Shown here: positions 47,951 through 56,855 of the stretch, piece after piece
Position numbering within the stretch: the first letter of the stretch is position 1
Layout: each line of letters starts with the position of its first letter
DNA from: an uncultured Candidatus Rokubacteria bacterium
GTDB taxonomy: Bacteria; Methylomirabilota; Methylomirabilia; Rokubacteriales; DASRDR01
Assembly (NCBI GenBank): GCA_963708025.1
Contig: CAVPSB010000018.1
Span: forward strand, 320,001 to 384,000
Reading direction: 5' to 3'
Length of the DNA: 64,000 bases
Program-made: the position numbers and the translations under genes
Notes under the pieces: model-generated
Told to the model about the DNA's origin: nothing
The model's database searches: none
What the model saw: the letters and a program-made list of their open reading frames with translations, nothing else

Positions 47951-49215
47951 GGCGGCACCCCCGCCCTCCACCCGGCGTCCGCCAGGTGTGCGCCAGCCGC
48001 GCCACGCCGGTGTCCTTGACCCGCGACCGCACCGCGAAGGCGTAGAGGCGGCAGTGGTAGTCGTACGGGTGGCCGTCCCGGGCGTGGGCGGCGACGTCCA
48101 GCAGGTACTCGCCCTCGATCAGGTCCAGCCGCTGGATCTCCATGGCGAGGTCGCCCTCCCCCGCCAGCTTGCCGAGATGGAGCCCGTCGATCGCGGTGTT
48201 GGTGCCGTAGCAGCAGACGCCGTCCTTCCGGAACACGCCGATCCCGAACACCGGGTCCTCGATCGGTCGCGGTGGCCCGCCAGTCGAGGTGGACCGTGCA
48301 GGCCTCGCCGGCGTCGTAGAGATAGCGCTCGGCGCCGGCGGCGTCGAGCAGGCGGACCCGGGTGATCTCGACCTCGCGGCTGCCCCAGCGCTGCGCGGTG
48401 CCGGCGGCGGCCTGCGCCTCGGCCTCCCGGTGGTCGGCGCCCAGCGCCTGGGCCTCTTCGCTGGCCACGTGGTTCAGGTACCCGTCGATGACCTGGCGTG
48501 TCCCGCCGTGGGCCATGAGTCGCCCCTGGTGCAGCCACACCGCCTCGTCGCACAGCCGCTCGACGCTGCCCAGGTCGTGGGTGACGAGGACGATGGTCTT
48601 GCCCCGCGCCTTGAACTCCTGGATCTTGCCCACGCACTTGTGCTGGAAGGCCTCGTCGCCGACCGCCAGGACCTCGTCGATCAGGAGGATGTCGGGATCC
48701 ACGGTGACGGCGATGGCGAAGCCGAGCCGCATGTACATGCCCGACGAGTAGGTCTTGACGGGGTTGTCGATGAAGGCGTCGAGCCCGGCGAAGGTCACGA
48801 TCTCGTCGAAGCGCTCCCGGATCTCGGTCCGGGAGAGCCCGAGCAGGATCCCGTTGACGTAGATGTTCTCCCGCCCGGTGAACTCCGGGTGGAACCCCGC
48901 CCCCAGCTCGATCAGGGCCGAGACCCGGCCCGCGACCGCGATGGAGCCGCTGGTGGGCTTCAGGATCCCGCCGACCAGCTTGAGCAGGGTCGACTTGCCG
49001 GAGCCGTTCGAGCCGATGATGCCGACCATCCGCCCCCGCGCCAGCTCGAGGCTCACGTCCCGGACGGCCCACAGCTCCTCGCCGCCGAACAGGCGGCCAC
49101 GGCCGCCCCGGACGAACAGGTCCTTCACGGTGAAGACCTCCCGGCCCCGGTGGAGCCGGAAGCGCTTGGAGACACCGCGGACGGCAACGGCGATGTCGGG
49201 AGACGGCGCGGCCAC
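47947..49215 (-). CDS. wzt: Polysaccharide ABC exporter ATPase with C-terminal Wzt-C carbohydrate-binding domain (frameshift near 48270)
   Basis: GSNGSGKST, LIELGAGFHPE, YSSGMYMRLGF, IDEVLAVGD, RWGSREVEI, YGTNT. Confidence 0.92.
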   Translation of the reverse strand: MAAPSPDIAVAVRGVSKRFRLHRGREVFTVKDLFVRGGRGRLFGGEELWAVRDVSLELARGRMVGIIGSNGSGKSTLLKLVGGILKPTSGSIAVAGRVSALIELGAGFHPEFTGRENIYVNGILLGLSRTEIRERFDEIVTFAGLDAFIDNPVKTYSSGMYMRLGFAIAVTVDPDILLIDEVLAVGDEAFQHKCVGKIQEFKARGKTIVLVTHDLGSVERLCDEAVWLHQGRLMAHGGTRQVIDGYLNHVASEEAQALGADHREAEAQAAAGTAQRWGSREVEITRVRLLDAAGAERYLYDAGEACTVHLDWRATATDRGPGVRDRRVPEGRRLLLRHQHRDRRAPSRQAGGGGRPRHGDPAAGPDRGRVPAGRRRPRPGRPPVRLPLPPLRLRGAVAGQGHRRGAAGAHLADAGWRAGVPP

Positions 49216-49222
49216 GGGTCGC

Positions 49223-50029
49223 CTACACCTCCTCGGCCAGGCCGTCGCGGAGCCGCTCGAAGATCTGGTAGCCGCCCCAGAACGTGACGACGGCCATGAT
49301 CGTCACCATGCCGAGGTGGATCCAGTGCGGCTCCCGGCCGAAGAAGATCACGTTCTGGTATCCCTGGACGAGCCCGGCCACCGGGTTCAGGAAGTAGAGC
49401 GGGCGGAGGGGGATGGTCAGCGCCTCGCCGAGCCGCAGGTGGACCGGGACCGTCGAGACGGGGTAGAGGATCGGCGAGAGGAAGAACAGCAGCACGAGGC
49501 CGTTGGCCAGGATCTGCTCGATGTCGCGGAGGTGGACGTTGAGCGCGGCGAGCGGCAAGGCCAGGCCGACCGTGAGCAGGAGCTGGATCGCGAGCAGCAG
49601 CGGCAGGAAGGCCAGCATGGCGGTGGGGCGGATGCCGAAGACGAGGAGAAAGACGAGGAGGAGAGGCAGCGTCAGCACCAGGTTCACCAGGTTCGATAGC
49701 ACCGAGACCAGCGGCAGGATCTCGGCCGGGAACAGGATCCGCTTGACCAGGGACCCGGAGCCGACGATCACACCGGTGGCATGCCCGAGGGAGGAGGAGA
49801 ACCAGAGCCAGGGCAGGAGGCCCGTGATCAGGAAGACGGCGTAGTTCTCCATGGGGACGCGGAGGTACACCGCGAAGACCAGGACGTAGACGAGCATCAG
49901 CATCAAGGGGTTGAGGAACGACCAGAGGAAGCCCAGGACGGAGCCCCGGTAGCGCGCGCGCAGCTCCCGGAGGACCAGGGTGACGATGAGCGTGCGGAAG
50001 CGGTACAGCTCGGTGAGTCGTGCTGCCAT
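49223..50029 (-). CDS. wzm: Polysaccharide ABC exporter permease
   Basis: RELRARYRGSVLGFLWSFLNP, GLLPWLWF, RDIEQI, SPILYP, LNP. Confidence 0.92.
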   Translation of the reverse strand: MAARLTELYRFRTLIVTLVLRELRARYRGSVLGFLWSFLNPLMLMLVYVLVFAVYLRVPMENYAVFLITGLLPWLWFSSSLGHATGVIVGSGSLVKRILFPAEILPLVSVLSNLVNLVLTLPLLLVFLLVFGIRPTAMLAFLPLLLAIQLLLTVGLALPLAALNVHLRDIEQILANGLVLLFFLSPILYPVSTVPVHLRLGEALTIPLRPLYFLNPVAGLVQGYQNVIFFGREPHWIHLGMVTIMAVVTFWGGYQIFERLRDGLAEEV

Positions 50030-50075
50030 GACCTTCAATCTTAACGCGGAGACGGGCGGTTGCCCGCCTGGGAAG

Positions 50076-51020
50076 TTAGACCCGGGATCGCCAATCCGTC
50101 AGCACGTCGGCGAGGCTCTGCTCGAGGGGAATTTCGGGCTTCCAGCCGGTCAGGGCGCGGAGGCGACCGGCGTCCCCGAGCAACAGCGGCAGATCGATGG
50201 GTCGAACGCGCTCCGGCGCCACCCGCACCTCGATGGGACGCCCGGCCAGCGCCAGGAAGGCGTCCACCACCTCGCGGATGGCGACCGCCCGCCCGGATGC
50301 CGCGTTGTAGACCTCGCCGGGCGTGGCGTGCTCGAGGCAGAGCCAGTAGGCGCGGACCATGTCCCGCACGTCGGTGAAGTCGCGGCGGGTCGTCAAGGTT
50401 CCGACCTCGAGCACGGGGGGGGCGAGCCCCTTGTCGATCGCCGCCACCTGGCGGCCGATGTCACTGCAGACGAAGCCCGGTCCCTGCCGGGGGCCGATGT
50501 GATTGAAGGCGCGCACGATCGCGATGGGCAGCCTCTCGGCCCGGACGTAGTAGGAGGCGTAGGCCTCCTGGCAGGCTTTCGAGAGCGCGTAGGGCGATAG
50601 CGGCCTCACCGGCTGGGCCTCGGTGATCGGCTGGGCGCCCTCGGGGACGGCGCCGTACAGCTCCGCCGACGAGACGAGCAGGCAGGGGGCGGGCATCGCC
50701 CGGAGCCCCTCGAAGAGCTGAAAGGTTCCTTCCAGGTTCTGGCGGAGGACGTCGGCCCGCTGGGCCCAGGACGTTCCCACCACGCTGGCTCCGGCCAGGT
50801 GGAAGACCCGGTCGGGTCGGATCTCGGCCAGCACGGCTGCCGCCTCGCCCGGCTCGGTCAGGTCGCAGGGAATGGCTTGGACGGACGTCTGGATCGCCGC
50901 CAGGTTGGTGACCGGCGCGCCGGGGAGGGTGGTCCCCACCACCTCGGCGCCTTCGTCGAGGGCCAGCCTGGCCAGGTGACTGCCGGCGAAACCCGCGATC
51001 CCGGTAATGAACACCTTCAC
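50076..51020 (-). CDS. GDP-mannose 4,6-dehydratase / GDP-4-keto-6-deoxy-mannose reductase family SDR
   Basis: ITGIAGFAGSHL, VSSAELYG, PYALSK, RAFNHIGP, RDFTDVRD. Confidence 0.88.
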   Translation of the reverse strand: MKVFITGIAGFAGSHLARLALDEGAEVVGTTLPGAPVTNLAAIQTSVQAIPCDLTEPGEAAAVLAEIRPDRVFHLAGASVVGTSWAQRADVLRQNLEGTFQLFEGLRAMPAPCLLVSSAELYGAVPEGAQPITEAQPVRPLSPYALSKACQEAYASYYVRAERLPIAIVRAFNHIGPRQGPGFVCSDIGRQVAAIDKGLAPPVLEVGTLTTRRDFTDVRDMVRAYWLCLEHATPGEVYNAASGRAVAIREVVDAFLALAGRPIEVRVAPERVRPIDLPLLLGDAGRLRALTGWKPEIPLEQSLADVLTDWRSRV

Positions 51021-51048
51021 CGGAACGCTCCTTCGACTAGAGGTCTAT

Positions 51049-51193
51049 GGGCCGGGCCGAGAACCGAGCAGCCCTAGGACGCAGGGAGTCCCCGACCGCA
51101 GGCGTACTCCTAGTACGCCGAGGATCGGGGACGACCCCAAAGGCCGAAGGCCGTCCGAACGACGACGCGATGCGACGCTCATCGGCCCCGCCC
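51049..51193 (+). repeat. Long-hairpin element, copy D (contains GAA module 51137-51155)
   Basis: gtccccga/tcggggac and ggcgtact/agtacgcc stems; CTAG at 51037. Confidence 0.9.
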
Positions 51194-51215
51194 GAGGACG
51201 AACGGATGCGAAGGC

Positions 51216-52169
51216 CTACACACGCTCACGCCAGTAGTCGAGCAGGTCCTTCATGGTCACCTCGAACGGGATCGTCGGCTGCCAGCCGGTGGCCCGCTGG
51301 AAGCGCGTGCAGTCCCCCAGCAGGACCTCGACGTCCGAGGGCCGCAGTCGGTCCGGGTCCTCGCGGACCTCGACCTGGGCGGGGGTCAGGCTCAGCAAGA
51401 TGTCGAGCACGCTCCGGACCGTGTAAGCGCGACCCGCACAGATATTGTAAACCTCGCCCGGCTCTCCGTGCTCCAGGGCCAGCCAGTAGGCGCGCACCAT
51501 GTCGCGGACGTCCGTGAAGTCCCGCGTGGCTCCCAGGTTTCCGACCCAGACCACCGGCTCCCGGCGCCCCTTCTCGATCGCCGCGATCTGGCGGGCGAAG
51601 TTCGAGGTCACGAAGACCTCGCCGCGCCGGGGACCGGTATGGTTGAACCCGCGCGTCCGCACGGCGTGCAGCCGGTGGCTCATCCAGTACTGGTAGGCCA
51701 GGTAGTCCTGCGCGACCTTCGACACGGCGTAGGGTGACAGCGGCCGGAGCGGGTTCTCCTCCCGGATCGGCACCTCGTCCTTGTGGACGAGGCCGTATTC
51801 CTCGCTGGACCCGGCGATCTGCACCCGCGTCGGGAGGCCCAGCTCGCGGATGGCCTCGAAGAGGTTGAGCTGACAGGTCAGGTTGCCGGTGATGGTCTCG
51901 CTGGGGGAGGACCAGGACGTCAGGACGTAGCTCTGCGCGGCCAGGTGGAAGATCCGATCCGGGTGGACCGCGCTCAGCATCCGGCGGACGCCGCCGGCGT
52001 CGCGGAGATCGCACTCGACGAGCCTGATCCCGTCCCGCAGGTGCTCGATGTTATCCATCCGGCTCCGCCAGCGGTGGGTGCCAACGACCTCGACGTCGCC
52101 GCGAGCCACCAGGTAGTCGGCCAGGTGGCTGCCGACGAAGCCCGTGACGCCCGTGATCAGCACTCGCAT
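51216..52169 (-). CDS. GDP-mannose 4,6-dehydratase / reductase family SDR
   Basis: ITGVTGFVGSHL, HLAAQSYV, GSSEEYG, PYAVSK, FNHTGPRRG, GNL..RDFTDVRD. Confidence 0.88.
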   Translation of the reverse strand: MRVLITGVTGFVGSHLADYLVARGDVEVVGTHRWRSRMDNIEHLRDGIRLVECDLRDAGGVRRMLSAVHPDRIFHLAAQSYVLTSWSSPSETITGNLTCQLNLFEAIRELGLPTRVQIAGSSEEYGLVHKDEVPIREENPLRPLSPYAVSKVAQDYLAYQYWMSHRLHAVRTRGFNHTGPRRGEVFVTSNFARQIAAIEKGRREPVVWVGNLGATRDFTDVRDMVRAYWLALEHGEPGEVYNICAGRAYTVRSVLDILLSLTPAQVEVREDPDRLRPSDVEVLLGDCTRFQRATGWQPTIPFEVTMKDLLDYWRERV

Positions 52170-53288
52170 TCCGGATCTCCTCGAAAGAACTCCTGGATCT
52201 GTTCGATCACCGCGCCGGTCTCCGCGTCCCGGAGCTCGGGGAAGCAGGGCAGGGAGAGCACCTCCTGCGATGCGGCCCAGGCGACCGGGAAGCGCGTCGG
52301 ATCCCAGCCGAGCGCCCGGAAGACCGGCTGCCCGGGAATCGGCTGCGGATAGTGGCACGCGGTGCCGATGCCGGCGCCCGGCCAGGTGCTTGGCCAGGGC
52401 GTCCCGGCGGGGCGTACGGATCGTGTACTGGTGGAAGACGTGCCGGGTGCCGGCCGGCTCCGCCGGCAGCCCGAGCGGGAGGCCGCGCAGGGCGGCGGTG
52501 TAGCGAGCCGCGATGCCGCGGCGGGCCTCGGTCCAGGCCCCGGCGTGGCGCAGCTTGACCCGGAGGATGGCGGCCTGCAGCTCGTCGAGCCGGCTGTTCC
52601 AGCCGAGCTCGACGTGATCGTACTTCTGCACCTGGCCGTGATTGCGGTGCCGCCGCATCGCCGCCGCCAGCGCGCCGTCGCCGGTCGTGACGAGACCGGC
52701 ATCGCCGTACGCGCCGAGCGGCTTGGTCGGGTAGAAGCTGAAGGCCGCCGCCGTCCCGAAGCTCCCGACCGCGCGACCCTCGAGGGTGGCGCCGAAGGCC
52801 TGGGCCGCGTCCTCGAGCACCACGAGGCCCCGCGCGTCGGCCAGCCGCTGGAGCGCCGGCATCGGCGCCGGCAGCCCGTAGAGGTGGACCGCCACGATGG
52901 CCCGGGTGCGGGGGGTGATCGCCGGCGCCGCCTGCTCGGGCCCGAGGGTCAGGGTCACCGGATCGACGTCGGCGAAGACCGGCCGGGCGCCGACCTGGAG
53001 GACCGCGGTGGCCGAGGCCACGAACGAGAACGCCGGGGTCACGACCTCGTCGCCCGGACCGATGCCCAGGGCCGAGAGGCCCAGCAGGAGCGCGTCCGAT
53101 CCCGAGCCGACCGCGATCGCGTGGTCGACGCCGAGCGCGGCCGCGCACTCGGCTTCGAACGCCTCGCCCTCGGAAGAGAGAATGAACCGGCCGCTCCGCA
53201 GAACGCGGCGGAGGGCCGCCTCGATCTCCGGCTCGATCGTGGCGTACTGCCGGGCGAGGTCGAACTGGGGAATGGACGTGACCGTCAC
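52157..53288 (-). CDS. DegT/DnrJ/EryC1/StrS aminotransferase (frameshift near 52380)
   Basis: IPQFDLARQY, EDAAQAFGA, FSFYPTKPLGAYGDAG, GWNSRLDELQAAIL, HVFHQYTI, VLSLP. Confidence 0.9.
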
Positions 53289-55468
53289 TGCGTCGTCGCC
53301 CCGAACGCCTGGCCGAAGCCGAGCTGTCCGAGCTCTAGCAGGTTGACGGTGACGTGGAACTCGTCCTCGTTGATCCGGTCGATGAAGGCGGCGGTGATCC
53401 CCCAGCACTGCTCGCGGAAGTTCACCTCGAGCCGGTTCTCGACCACCGTCCCGCTCACGTAGTCGTAGTTGCTGGAGAACCGGACCGCCCAGCGGGGCGA
53501 GAGCCGGGCCGCCAGCTCGCCCTGGATGAACTGGAGCTCGCCCCCCACGCCGTGTCGCGTCCCGAGGGTGGCGCGGAACGCCTCCGTCACGTAGGAGGCG
53601 TCGATCGTGGCGGAGCGGACGTCCCGCTCGTACGGATCGAAGACGGCCGTCCCCCGGAACCGGAGGCCATAGACCGGCTCCAGGATCAGGTCGCCGACGA
53701 GGTCCGACAGCCGGTTGACCTTGAACGTCGTGGCGGTGCCGGGTGTGATGGGACCGGGCGGTGCCGGCAGGTTGATCCCCGAGAACGGCGACAGCAGGAA
53801 CTGATCCTCCAGGCTGTAGGTCTGGCTGAACGTGAGCCGGGCCAGCTCCCACACCCGCCCGCTGGGGAAGGCCTCGGAGGCGACGCTCCGGGCCTTGATG
53901 CGGTTGGTGAGGGAGTAGGTGAAGCTGTTCACGGGGCGAATCAGATCGATGCTGTCGTACTGCGGCAGGTCGTCCTGGTCGGTGCCGGTGCTGTAGAGGT
54001 AGCTGATCCGCGGCTCGATGGCGTGCTGGATCTTCTCGATGCCGAGGACGCCGCCCAGCTCGAACGTCCGGTAGGCGCGGGCCTCCAGGTCCACACCGGC
54101 CTCGAACAGGGAGCGGGCCGTGAACTCCTTCTCGGTGTCCTCGACCAGGAAGCCGCGGTCAACCGTGGCCCCGACCACCCGGGTGTCGTAGAGGGTCTCG
54201 CGCACGCCGATCCGGGGGGTCATCGTGAAGTATCCCCCGGGGGAGAACGGATAGGAGACGCTGGGGTGGAGGTCGAAGCGCTGGCCATTCGATCCCACGT
54301 CCCGGACGAAGTTGTTGTACGAGGTCTCCAGGTCGAACAGGATGTCGGTGCCGGCGATCCGCTGGGAGAACCCGGTCAGGCGCAGCTCGGGGAGGCGCTG
54401 CAGCTCGATCGGCTGGGTGGTGGTCAGGTCCTGATAGAAGAAGAGCCGGCCGAACAGGTTCCACTTGTCCCACCGCTGGGTCAGGGAGATGTTCGACTCG
54501 AGCCGCTGGCGACTGCGCTCGTCCAGCGTGTCGCCGAAGTCCTGGAAGAAGGTGATGTCGCTGACCCGGGCCACGTCCACCTTCAGGGTGAGCCCGGGGG
54601 TGATCAGCTCCTCGTGCCGCAGCCCGAACACTCCGCGCAGCTTGTCCTGCTCGGTGTCGTAGATCCCGAAGCCTTCCAGCTCCCCGCGGGAGGTCTCCTT
54701 CCGGATGTAGCGGTACAACGCCCCCATCGCGAGCCCGCGCTTCTCGAAGACCGTGGGGACCAGTGTGAGGTCCTGGCTGTCCGAGAGCACCAAGAAGATC
54801 GGCTGGCGATAGGTGAAGCCCTTGTCGTTGCTGGAGCCGAAGCTCGGGGTCAGGAGCCCCGACTGGCGCTCTCTCCGGAGGGTGGCGGCGAAGATCGGGA
54901 TGAACGGGATCAGCGGCACGCGGCCGACCCAGAAGGAGGCGTTGGTGCCCCAGATCCAGTCGTCGAGGTAGGCCGTGGCTTGACCCCAGCGCACGTGCCA
55001 GGCGGGCGACTCGTCCTCGCAGGTGGTGAACCAGCCCCCGGTGAGGCGGTAGGCTTTCTCGCCGAAGCGCTCCATCTTGTCGCCCCGGAAGAAGAAGTGG
55101 GGCTCGGCGGCGGCCTGCCCCTTGTACACGACTCCGGTGCCGGTGCGGAAGTTGTACTCCAGGCGCTCGCCGACGAGCCGGTCCCGGCCGTCGAAGAAGA
55201 CCACCCGCCCGACCGCCACCGCTTCCCCGGTCTCGGTGTTGACCTCGACGCGGTCGGCCTCCAGGCGCACCTCGCCCTGCTCGATCTCCACGCGGCCCTC
55301 GGCGATGAGGAGGCGCTCCCGCTCGAGGTTCTCGATGCGATCCGCGAACACCGCGACGGGCGCCTCGGGGGTGCCGAAGGTCACATCTTTGCGCTCCTGG
55401 GCCAGGACCACGGCCGGGAAGAGCGCGAGCCACGCGACGATCAGCCCGATCAGGCGCGTCCCGGGCAC
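53285..55468 (-). CDS. lptD: LPS-assembly outer-membrane protein LptD
   Basis: Signal peptide, OstA-like N-domain, FTTCE, RQSGLLTPSFG, QRLPEL, HAIEP, NSFTYSLTNR, QCWG. Confidence 0.88.
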   Translation of the reverse strand: MPGTRLIGLIVAWLALFPAVVLAQERKDVTFGTPEAPVAVFADRIENLERERLLIAEGRVEIEQGEVRLEADRVEVNTETGEAVAVGRVVFFDGRDRLVGERLEYNFRTGTGVVYKGQAAAEPHFFFRGDKMERFGEKAYRLTGGWFTTCEDESPAWHVRWGQATAYLDDWIWGTNASFWVGRVPLIPFIPIFAATLRRERQSGLLTPSFGSSNDKGFTYRQPIFLVLSDSQDLTLVPTVFEKRGLAMGALYRYIRKETSRGELEGFGIYDTEQDKLRGVFGLRHEELITPGLTLKVDVARVSDITFFQDFGDTLDERSRQRLESNISLTQRWDKWNLFGRLFFYQDLTTTQPIELQRLPELRLTGFSQRIAGTDILFDLETSYNNFVRDVGSNGQRFDLHPSVSYPFSPGGYFTMTPRIGVRETLYDTRVVGATVDRGFLVEDTEKEFTARSLFEAGVDLEARAYRTFELGGVLGIEKIQHAIEPRISYLYSTGTDQDDLPQYDSIDLIRPVNSFTYSLTNRIKARSVASEAFPSGRVWELARLTFSQTYSLEDQFLLSPFSGINLPAPPGPITPGTATTFKVNRLSDLVGDLILEPVYGLRFRGTAVFDPYERDVRSATIDASYVTEAFRATLGTRHGVGGELQFIQGELAARLSPRWAVRFSSNYDYVSGTVVENRLEVNFREQCWGITAAFIDRINEDEFHVTVNLLELGQLGFGQAFGATTQ

Positions 55469-55575
55469 CAACCCCCCTGAGTAGTCGTGTCGGTTCGGCA
55501 ATCGTGGAGCCGTAGCGCGCGAAGATCGCGGGCATCGTACCAGATGCCACGGCGAAGGCGCAACGCCTTGCGAGG

Positions 55576-55720
55576 GGGCGGGGCCGATGAGCTTCGCATC
55601 GCGTCGTCGTTCGGACGGCCTTCGGCCTTTGGGGTCGTCGCCGATCCTCGGCGTACTCGGAGTACGCCTGCGGTCGGCGACTCCCTGCGTCCTAGCGCTG
55701 CTCGCTCCTCGGCCCCGCCC
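55576..55720 (-). repeat. Long-hairpin element, copy E (contains GAA module 55614-55632)
   Basis: Reverse complement has gggcggggccga...gtcgccga..ggcgtact ccg agtacgcc..tcggcgac...tcggccccgccc. Confidence 0.9.
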
Positions 55721-55792
55721 CCCCCGGGGGGAACGTGGCTCGTCGGCCATGCTGTTGGCGCTTCGAGAGCCTGCCCGCCCGCCTGGCTGGCT

Positions 55793-56842
55793 TCAGTCCG
55801 CGTCTTCGGGCTCCGGCTCCGCTTCGAATAGGTCCCCGCTGGCCGCGCTCGGGGCCTGCCGCCGCCGGCCGGATTCCATGGCGGCGGTGGCTGGGACGGT
55901 AGGGAGCGCCGGCGCATCGAGGCCGAGCAGCCGCTTGAGGTCGAGCCCGTTCCGGACGGGGTAGTCGAGGTTGTTGTTGTTGAACGTGACCGCCACCCGG
56001 CTGGCGTGGCCGCCGAAGGCGCGGACGCGCCGGGCGATCGCCTGCATCTCGTCGGGGCCGTAGAGGTAGTCGTACTTCTCGGCCACGCTGGGCTCCTTGC
56101 CGGCCAGCTGATCGAGCCAGCCCTTGACGTTCTGACCGTGGAGACGGATGACGACCCAGCCGGGGGCCGTGGCGGCGGGGATGTAGGGCTGCCAGGGCGC
56201 GTCGAGACAGACGAAGACGAGCCCGTGGTCGGCGAGGAAGCGCAGGACCTCGTCGGCGCGCTCGGGGATCCAGGAGGCGTTCCGGAACTCGACCGCCACC
56301 GTCCAGCCCGGCAGGCGGCGCGGCAAGGAGGCCAGGTACTCGAGCGCCGCGTCCCCGTAGCGGACCCAGGGGGCGAGCTGGAAGAGGACGTAGCCGAGCT
56401 TCCCGGCCGCCGCCAGCGACGCCAGGCCCGCGCGGAACAGCTCGAAGCACCGGTCGAGCGCCTCGGCCGGGAAGCGCTCGCGCTCCACCTCGCCGCGGCG
56501 CGTCAGCGGCAGGGCCTCGGGGAGCATCAGACGGAGGTCGGCCGGCAGGCTGTCGGCGCGCGGATGGTGGCCGGTCATCAGGCTGTAGGCCTTGACGTGG
56601 AAGACGAACCCGGGCGGGGTCCGCGCCACCCAGAGCTCCGAGTTCCGGGGCGAGGGCAGGGCATAGTACGTCGCGTTGACCTCGACCACGTCGAAGAAGC
56701 GCGCGTACCAGCGGAGGCGATCCTCGGCCGACATCCGGCTCCGCGGGAAGAAGCGCCCGGAGGCGATCAGCGACCGGTCGAGCCAGGAGGCGCAGCCGAT
56801 GCGATACTCGGTCGCGCCCGTGGGCGCCGGCGCGAGCACCAC
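55793..56842 (-). CDS. DUF72-family protein
   Basis: RIGCASW, VEVNATYYALP, FVFHVKA, LFQL, AVEFR, IRLHG, YDYLY, TFNN; start uncertain (ORF open to 56908). Confidence 0.88.
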   Translation of the reverse strand: MVLAPAPTGATEYRIGCASWLDRSLIASGRFFPRSRMSAEDRLRWYARFFDVVEVNATYYALPSPRNSELWVARTPPGFVFHVKAYSLMTGHHPRADSLPADLRLMLPEALPLTRRGEVERERFPAEALDRCFELFRAGLASLAAAGKLGYVLFQLAPWVRYGDAALEYLASLPRRLPGWTVAVEFRNASWIPERADEVLRFLADHGLVFVCLDAPWQPYIPAATAPGWVVIRLHGQNVKGWLDQLAGKEPSVAEKYDYLYGPDEMQAIARRVRAFGGHASRVAVTFNNNNLDYPVRNGLDLKRLLGLDAPALPTVPATAAMESGRRRQAPSAASGDLFEAEPEPEDAD

Positions 56843-56855
56843 CGGGCTGTCGGGG

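Noticed and set aside
25154-48300. Calling the frameshifted genes pseudogenes or programmed frameshifts
   Set aside because: Indels are numerous and scattered with intact motifs, consistent with sequencing error; cannot be decided without reads
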